DNA of 64,000 nucleotides from Abditibacterium sp. (GTDB lineage Bacteria > Armatimonadota > Abditibacteriia > Abditibacteriales > Abditibacteriaceae). Numbering within the stretch: the stretch's first letter is position 1; the number at the start of each line of letters is the position of its first letter. The stretch lies in assembly GCA_965246885.1 (NCBI GenBank), contig OZ251992.1, forward strand, positions 3,200,001 through 3,264,000, given 5' to 3'. Both the position numbers and the translations under genes were made by a program. This document shows, piece after piece, positions 59,602-64,000 of this stretch. The notes under the pieces were generated by a model. It was not told where the DNA came from, made no database searches, and worked only from the letters and a program-made list of their open reading frames with translations.

Positions 59602-60402
59602 ATGGCTGACATTTGGGCATCCGACGTGGATTGGAGCGCCGTCCATGCGCGTTTCGAGCCACCGCTCGAACTGTTGCAACCGCTTCCGCGCCGCGTCGCG
59701 CGCCGCGAAAAACCTCCGACAACACGCGAACGGCTGATCCGGGGCTGCTTGAGTTTCTTCCTCGCGCCCATGTTTTTGCTGGGCGCGTTGATGACTTGGT
59801 GGGGCGGATTGGCAGCGCTAATTTTGGTTCTCGGCGTCACCACCTTGGGCACTGTCACCACGCGCGAGTCGGGGGATGGCCGCGACAGCACCTACTTCTT
59901 GGGCTTCCGTTTTCGCGCGAGTGGCGGGAATCACAAGGGCGAGTGGCAAGTCCCCGTTGCGCGCTGGCGCCAAACACGCATCGGCGACCCGGTCAAAGTG
60001 CGTTATTTCCCCTTCGCGCCGGGACTTCGCCCGATTATCGAAGACGGCATCTCGCCTTGGGTGTCTATTTTGGCTGTAGCGCCGCTCGGCGTCCTCATCG
60101 CTGGTGTCGCGGGCCTTTCCCTGCTGGGCTTTTGGGCGCCGCCCGATGGAAAAAATTGGGTGCGACGTGGGCGTCTGGCGCCCGCCTTTATCACCCGCCG
60201 CGACGACGACTACAGTAGGCTCGTCTTCTTGCTGCGTGACGAAAATGGGCGCGTATACGAAGTGCATACACGCGTTGGGGACTCAACGGCCTTTGACGCG
60301 GGAGCCGTCGAAACCGCGCTTTACCTGCCGGGACAGCCCGACCGCGCCCGCTTGTATCGCGCTTTGGGATGGAAAGCCGTCTTGCCGCAAGGTCGTAGGT
60401 AG
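59602..60402 (+). CDS. DUF3592-like membrane protein
   Basis: TM, GTVT..., IGDPVKVRY.P, TM, second similar unit ending ALYLP..P. Confidence 0.6.
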   Translation: MADIWASDVDWSAVHARFEPPLELLQPLPRRVARREKPPTTRERLIRGCLSFFLAPMFLLGALMTWWGGLAALILVLGVTTLGTVTTRESGDGRDSTYFLGFRFRASGGNHKGEWQVPVARWRQTRIGDPVKVRYFPFAPGLRPIIEDGISPWVSILAVAPLGVLIAGVAGLSLLGFWAPPDGKNWVRRGRLAPAFITRRDDDYSRLVFLLRDENGRVYEVHTRVGDSTAFDAGAVETALYLPGQPDRARLYRALGWKAVLPQGRR

Positions 60403-60429
60403 GGCGCGCGGCGCGTCACACTGCCTTCC

Positions 60430-61137
60430 ATGCCGCCGCGCGCCATCATCTCACCCGCCGAACTCGACCGCATCGAGCGCTTCATCGCCGCCTTCAACGC
60501 GCTCGACAACTGGCTGCAAAGCCAGCCCGACGCGCCGCCTACGTTTCGCTCGGCGGTGGATTGGTGGGCCGCTCGCCACCCGTTTTGGCGCGACGCCGAA
60601 ACGCTGCGCCTCTTTGCCTCGCTGCGCAACTTCCTTGTCCACGAGAAAACGCGCCCTTTCGACTACCCGTGTATCCCCTCCGATGGCGCCGTTGCCGAAA
60701 TCGAAGCCATCGCGCAACGCGCCCTGCACCCGGCGACCGTTGGCCGGAACTTCGCACGCGAAGTTTACATCCTGCGCCCCGACGACGCCTTGGAAGAAGC
60801 GCTTGCCACAATGCGCAACCGCGACGTGGCACGCCTCCCCATCTTCGACGGCGACCGCTTCATCAGCATCCTGAGCGAGCGCGACATCGCCCGCCATTTG
60901 GCGAATTGCCTCGCGCGCGGCGAAGCCTTCGACCCACGAACCCCCATCACCGCCGCCCTGCCCCGACAAAGTAAGCGCGAGACCTTCCGCTTTTCCTCGC
61001 CCGACACCCCCGTTGCGCAAGCCGCGTATTGGTTCGGCGAGAACATCTTCCTCGAAGCCATCCTCATCGCCGCGCGCGAAGGCGCAAGGCCCACCGGCAT
61101 CGTGACGCGCGGCGACGTCGCGGGGTGGCAGGAGTGA
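60430..61137 (+). CDS. CBS domain protein
   Basis: N-terminal RFIAAFN..LRNFLVH segment, two CBS repeats (RLPI...ILSERDI; GIVTRGD). Confidence 0.8.
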   Translation: MPPRAIISPAELDRIERFIAAFNALDNWLQSQPDAPPTFRSAVDWWAARHPFWRDAETLRLFASLRNFLVHEKTRPFDYPCIPSDGAVAEIEAIAQRALHPATVGRNFAREVYILRPDDALEEALATMRNRDVARLPIFDGDRFISILSERDIARHLANCLARGEAFDPRTPITAALPRQSKRETFRFSSPDTPVAQAAYWFGENIFLEAILIAAREGARPTGIVTRGDVAGWQE

Positions 61138-61928
61138 ACGCCATACTCAACGCCGGAAGCGGCGCGTGGGCCTTTGAAGAACTGGCGCAGAGTTTATCGC
61201 GCGCTTTTGCTGTTCCCGTCGTGGATGCGCCCGCCGACAGGAACTACTTGCTCGCGTGGGACGGCGCCTCGCCGCCTGATGCGCCCTGTTTCGTGCCGTT
61301 TGCAAGCATCGAAGTGGCGACGGACAAGCGGCTCATCGAACGCGCTTTTGCCCGGTTCGCCGTGCCGCGCCCGACGACTTACTTGCTCGAAGATGACGAA
61401 ATCGAACCGTTTTTAGCGCGCGAAGCGGCGCGGAGTTGGCTGCTCAAATACCCGACGGGGTGCGGCGGCGCGGGCCATCGGTTCCTCGAACGCGGCGCGC
61501 GGCCAGATGCACTCCCCGCCGATTGGCCGCGCCCGCTTGTGGTGCAAGAGTTTATCGCCCTCGCGCGGCCCGAAGTGTTTCGCTTGTATGGCGTGGCGGG
61601 AGAACTGTTCGGCGCCAACGCGCGGCGTTTTGCAGGCGAGGCGCCCTCGGTTTTTGTGGCGCACGCGCAGGGCGCGCGCTACGAAGCGGTCGAAGCCTTG
61701 CCCGACGCGGCGTTTGCTGTCGCGCGCCTCGGCCTCGAAGCGACGGAGTTGTGGGAGTCGTTCGGCTGCGTGGATTTGCTGCGAGATGGGCGCGGGCGTT
61801 GGCTGGCTCTTGAAGTCGGGACGGACGGTTTGTGGAATCACGTTGACCGCGACATCGGCGATTTGGGCATCGCCGAGGAACTCGAATCCCGCTTGGCACG
61901 GGCGTTCAGAGCGTGGGCGGAATTTTAG
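61134..61928 (+). CDS. ATP-grasp (RimK-like) protein
   Basis: GTG overlapping the upstream TGA; DKR, VP.P.T, WLLKYPTGCG, VVQEFI, GCVDLL, LEV. Confidence 0.75.
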   Translation: MNAILNAGSGAWAFEELAQSLSRAFAVPVVDAPADRNYLLAWDGASPPDAPCFVPFASIEVATDKRLIERAFARFAVPRPTTYLLEDDEIEPFLAREAARSWLLKYPTGCGGAGHRFLERGARPDALPADWPRPLVVQEFIALARPEVFRLYGVAGELFGANARRFAGEAPSVFVAHAQGARYEAVEALPDAAFAVARLGLEATELWESFGCVDLLRDGRGRWLALEVGTDGLWNHVDRDIGDLGIAEELESRLARAFRAWAEF

Positions 61929-61946
61929 CCGCGATCTCAGAGCCAC

Positions 61947-62423
61947 TCACACGTCCGGCGCGTTCGCCAAGCGTTCGCCCTCGGTTTTGAGGGCGCCGCT
62001 CATCATTTCGGCGTTGGCTTGCATCAGCTTTTGCATGACGGACTTCATCAGGGCGCCGATGAGGGGAATTTCAAAGGCGTAGTTGAGTTCCAAATCGAGT
62101 TCCGTGCCGCCGTCGCGGGGGGTGAACTTCCACACGCCTTTATATTCGGTGAAGTCGCCTTTGAGTTGCCAGAAGTGACACTCGCCCGTCGCGCGGTTCC
62201 AGATGTCTTCTTCCGTCCACACGATGCTGCGCTTGAACTGCTTGATTTGGGCGTGCCACTCCGTAACGGTGCGGACGGTATCGGGCGAGGTCTGCGCCTT
62301 TTCGAGGACGGAGACTTTGTCGAGGTCGGGCATGATGCGCGGAAAATCTTCGACGTTTTGGGCGAGCGTCCACACGGCGTCAAAGGGCGCGGCGATAAGG
62401 ACTTTGGAAGTGACTTGTGGCAT
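61947..62423 (-). CDS. SRPBCC/polyketide cyclase-like (START-fold) protein
   Basis: AP.DAVW..AQNVEDFPRIMP, WTEED.W, GDF..YKG.W, EIPLIG. Confidence 0.85.
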   Translation of the reverse strand: MPQVTSKVLIAAPFDAVWTLAQNVEDFPRIMPDLDKVSVLEKAQTSPDTVRTVTEWHAQIKQFKRSIVWTEEDIWNRATGECHFWQLKGDFTEYKGVWKFTPRDGGTELDLELNYAFEIPLIGALMKSVMQKLMQANAEMMSGALKTEGERLANAPDV

Positions 62424-62450
62424 GATGGTGGCGGTGTCGGCGGCGGGAAG

Positions 62451-63737
62451 TTAACCCATTCCCATTTCGTCCAGCAGTTGGGCGGTCTGTTCGACGGCCT
62501 CGTCGAAGGCTTTTAAGGCCCACTCGATGTGCTCGTCGGAAATGTTGAGCGGCGGCTCGAAGCGGGTGACGGTCGGGTTGTTGAAGGTGTAGGGCACCAC
62601 GAGCACGTCGCGTTGCGCGAGTCCGGCGAGCACGAGGGACGTTATGTCTTCGAGCGGGAACTCGACGCCGATCATCAGGCCGCGCCCGCGCACGTCTTTG
62701 ACGAGGCCCGGAAACCGCTTTTGCGTGGCGCGCAAACCGTCCATAAAGCGTTCGCCCGCGCGGGCGGCGCGCTCGATTAAGTTCTCCTCTTCGATGATTT
62801 CCAAGGTCGCCAAGCCCGCGACGCAGGCAAGCGGGTTGCCGCCGAAGGTAGAGGAGTGAATGAGCGGCGAATCGTTCCAGAACTCCCAAATCTCCGGGCG
62901 GGCGACGACGGCGCCGATGGGAATGGCGCCGCCGGACAGTGCCTTGGCGAGCAACATCATGTCGGGCGCGACGCCCGCGTGATCGCAGCCCCACATCCGT
63001 CCGGTGCGGCCCAAGCCCGATTGCACTTCATCAAAGACAAGCACGATGCCGCGCTCGTCGCACAAGCGGCGCGCGGTCTGGAGGTATTCGTCGGACGCGA
63101 CGTAGATGCCGCCCTCGCCTTGCACGGGTTCAATCAAAAAGGCGGCGGTGTGTTCGTCCAAGGCGGCTTCAAGGGCGGGGATGTCGTTGAATTCGACGTT
63201 TACCACGTCCGTCACGAGCGGGCCGAAGGGGGTCTTGTACTTGTCGCGGCCCGACACGGACAGCGCGCCGATGGTTTTGCCGTGATAGGCGCCCTTAGCC
63301 GACACCAGCTTTTTGCGGCCCGTATGGATGCGCGCGAACTTGATGGCGGCTTCGGCGGCCTCGGCGCCGGAGTTACAAAAGAAGCTGTAGTGGAGCGCGC
63401 CGGGGGTGACTTCGGCCAGCTTCTTGGCGAGCAGGGCTTGGGGGGCGTTGAACAGGATGCGCGAGGAGAACGCCATTTTGTCCAACTGCGCCTTGCACGC
63501 CGCGACGACTTTCGGGTGCGAGTGCCCCACGCTCATCGTGCCGTAGCCGCCCAAGCAGTCCAGAAACTCGCGCCCGTTCGAGTCGCGCACGATGGAGCCG
63601 CGCGCTTCGACTTCAAAGGACGAGAAGCCGATGAACTGCAAGACGTTGGAAAGCGCGGGGTTGACGTATTCGGAGTAGGTTTGGACAACGTCGGCGTCGG
63701 TTAACCCGTCGAGGAGATGGGAGAAATCGGTGGACAT
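62451..63737 (-). CDS. Class III PLP aminotransferase (PatA/ArgD-like)
   Basis: FLDCLGGYG, NSGAEA, YHGKT, EPVQGEGG, DEVQSGLGRTG, AKALSGG, STFGGNP; TACACT 7 nt upstream of ATG 63737. Confidence 0.92.
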   Translation of the reverse strand: MSTDFSHLLDGLTDADVVQTYSEYVNPALSNVLQFIGFSSFEVEARGSIVRDSNGREFLDCLGGYGTMSVGHSHPKVVAACKAQLDKMAFSSRILFNAPQALLAKKLAEVTPGALHYSFFCNSGAEAAEAAIKFARIHTGRKKLVSAKGAYHGKTIGALSVSGRDKYKTPFGPLVTDVVNVEFNDIPALEAALDEHTAAFLIEPVQGEGGIYVASDEYLQTARRLCDERGIVLVFDEVQSGLGRTGRMWGCDHAGVAPDMMLLAKALSGGAIPIGAVVARPEIWEFWNDSPLIHSSTFGGNPLACVAGLATLEIIEEENLIERAARAGERFMDGLRATQKRFPGLVKDVRGRGLMIGVEFPLEDITSLVLAGLAQRDVLVVPYTFNNPTVTRFEPPLNISDEHIEWALKAFDEAVEQTAQLLDEMGMG

Positions 63738-63800
63738 GCGAGGCAGTGTACGACGCGCGCCGCGCTTCCCCGCGCCCATGCCCCGCCGATAACTGCCTGT

Positions 63801-64000
63801 TTATTTGCGCGCCGCGAGGTAGCCCCACACTGACACGTTGGGCGCCCATGCATCAACGGTGAACTCGTTGAGCGCGGGCCAGCCGCCGGTGTCCCAGTAG
63901 GCTTCGTTGGTGGGCCACGCCGTCGGGTATGGCGTGGTGTTGCCGGACAAGAAGTAGGTGATGGGCCACGTAATCCATCCTTGATCGCCCCACTTGGCCA
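63801..64000 (-). CDS. 3' end of a gene truncated by the window edge, possibly a GH9-like glycoside hydrolase
   Basis: Open frame ...WPTNEAYWDTGGWPALNEFTVDAWAPNVSVWGYLAARK*; NEFTV resembles the GH9 catalytic Glu motif. Confidence 0.5.
   Translation of the reverse strand, partial: AKWGDQGWITWPITYFLSGNTTPYPTAWPTNEAYWDTGGWPALNEFTVDAWAPNVSVWGYLAARK

Overview
A GC-rich, gene-dense bacterial core-genome segment with about 60 CDS and one tRNA-Leu(GAG). The gene set (tandem prepilin/DUF1559 H-X9-DG proteins, rny-spoVS, WD40, TlpA and S8 secreted proteins) suggests an Abditibacteriota/Armatimonadota-like organism; this is inference. Housekeeping genes include rny, the hisC-aroF-tyrA-aroA operon, lnt, a DivIC-like gene, eno, cysS, nnr, rpmB, rsgA, lemA, sua5, purH, lon, larBC, secG, cimA, aroE and an endonuclease III-family gene. 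I found no CRISPR-Cas, prophage, integrase or transposase. The most unusual signals are non-coding. (1) Three degenerate 21-nt-period arrays are built on a self-complementary GACGTCTGTCA core and lie stop-free and in frame upstream of unrelated genes; a fourth 21-nt array is more distant. (2) Several families of long REP/REPIN-like palindromes are present, one in three copies showing concerted arm evolution and compensated sub-hairpins. (3) A recurrent (C/T)ACACT -10-like box sits 6-8 nt before many start codons, implying widespread leaderless transcription. Unusual proteins include a stand-alone EF-G domain IV-like protein, a J-domain-HTH fusion and a Ser/Thr kinase with a zinc-knuckle insertion. 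All family assignments come from motif recognition by eye, not database searches.
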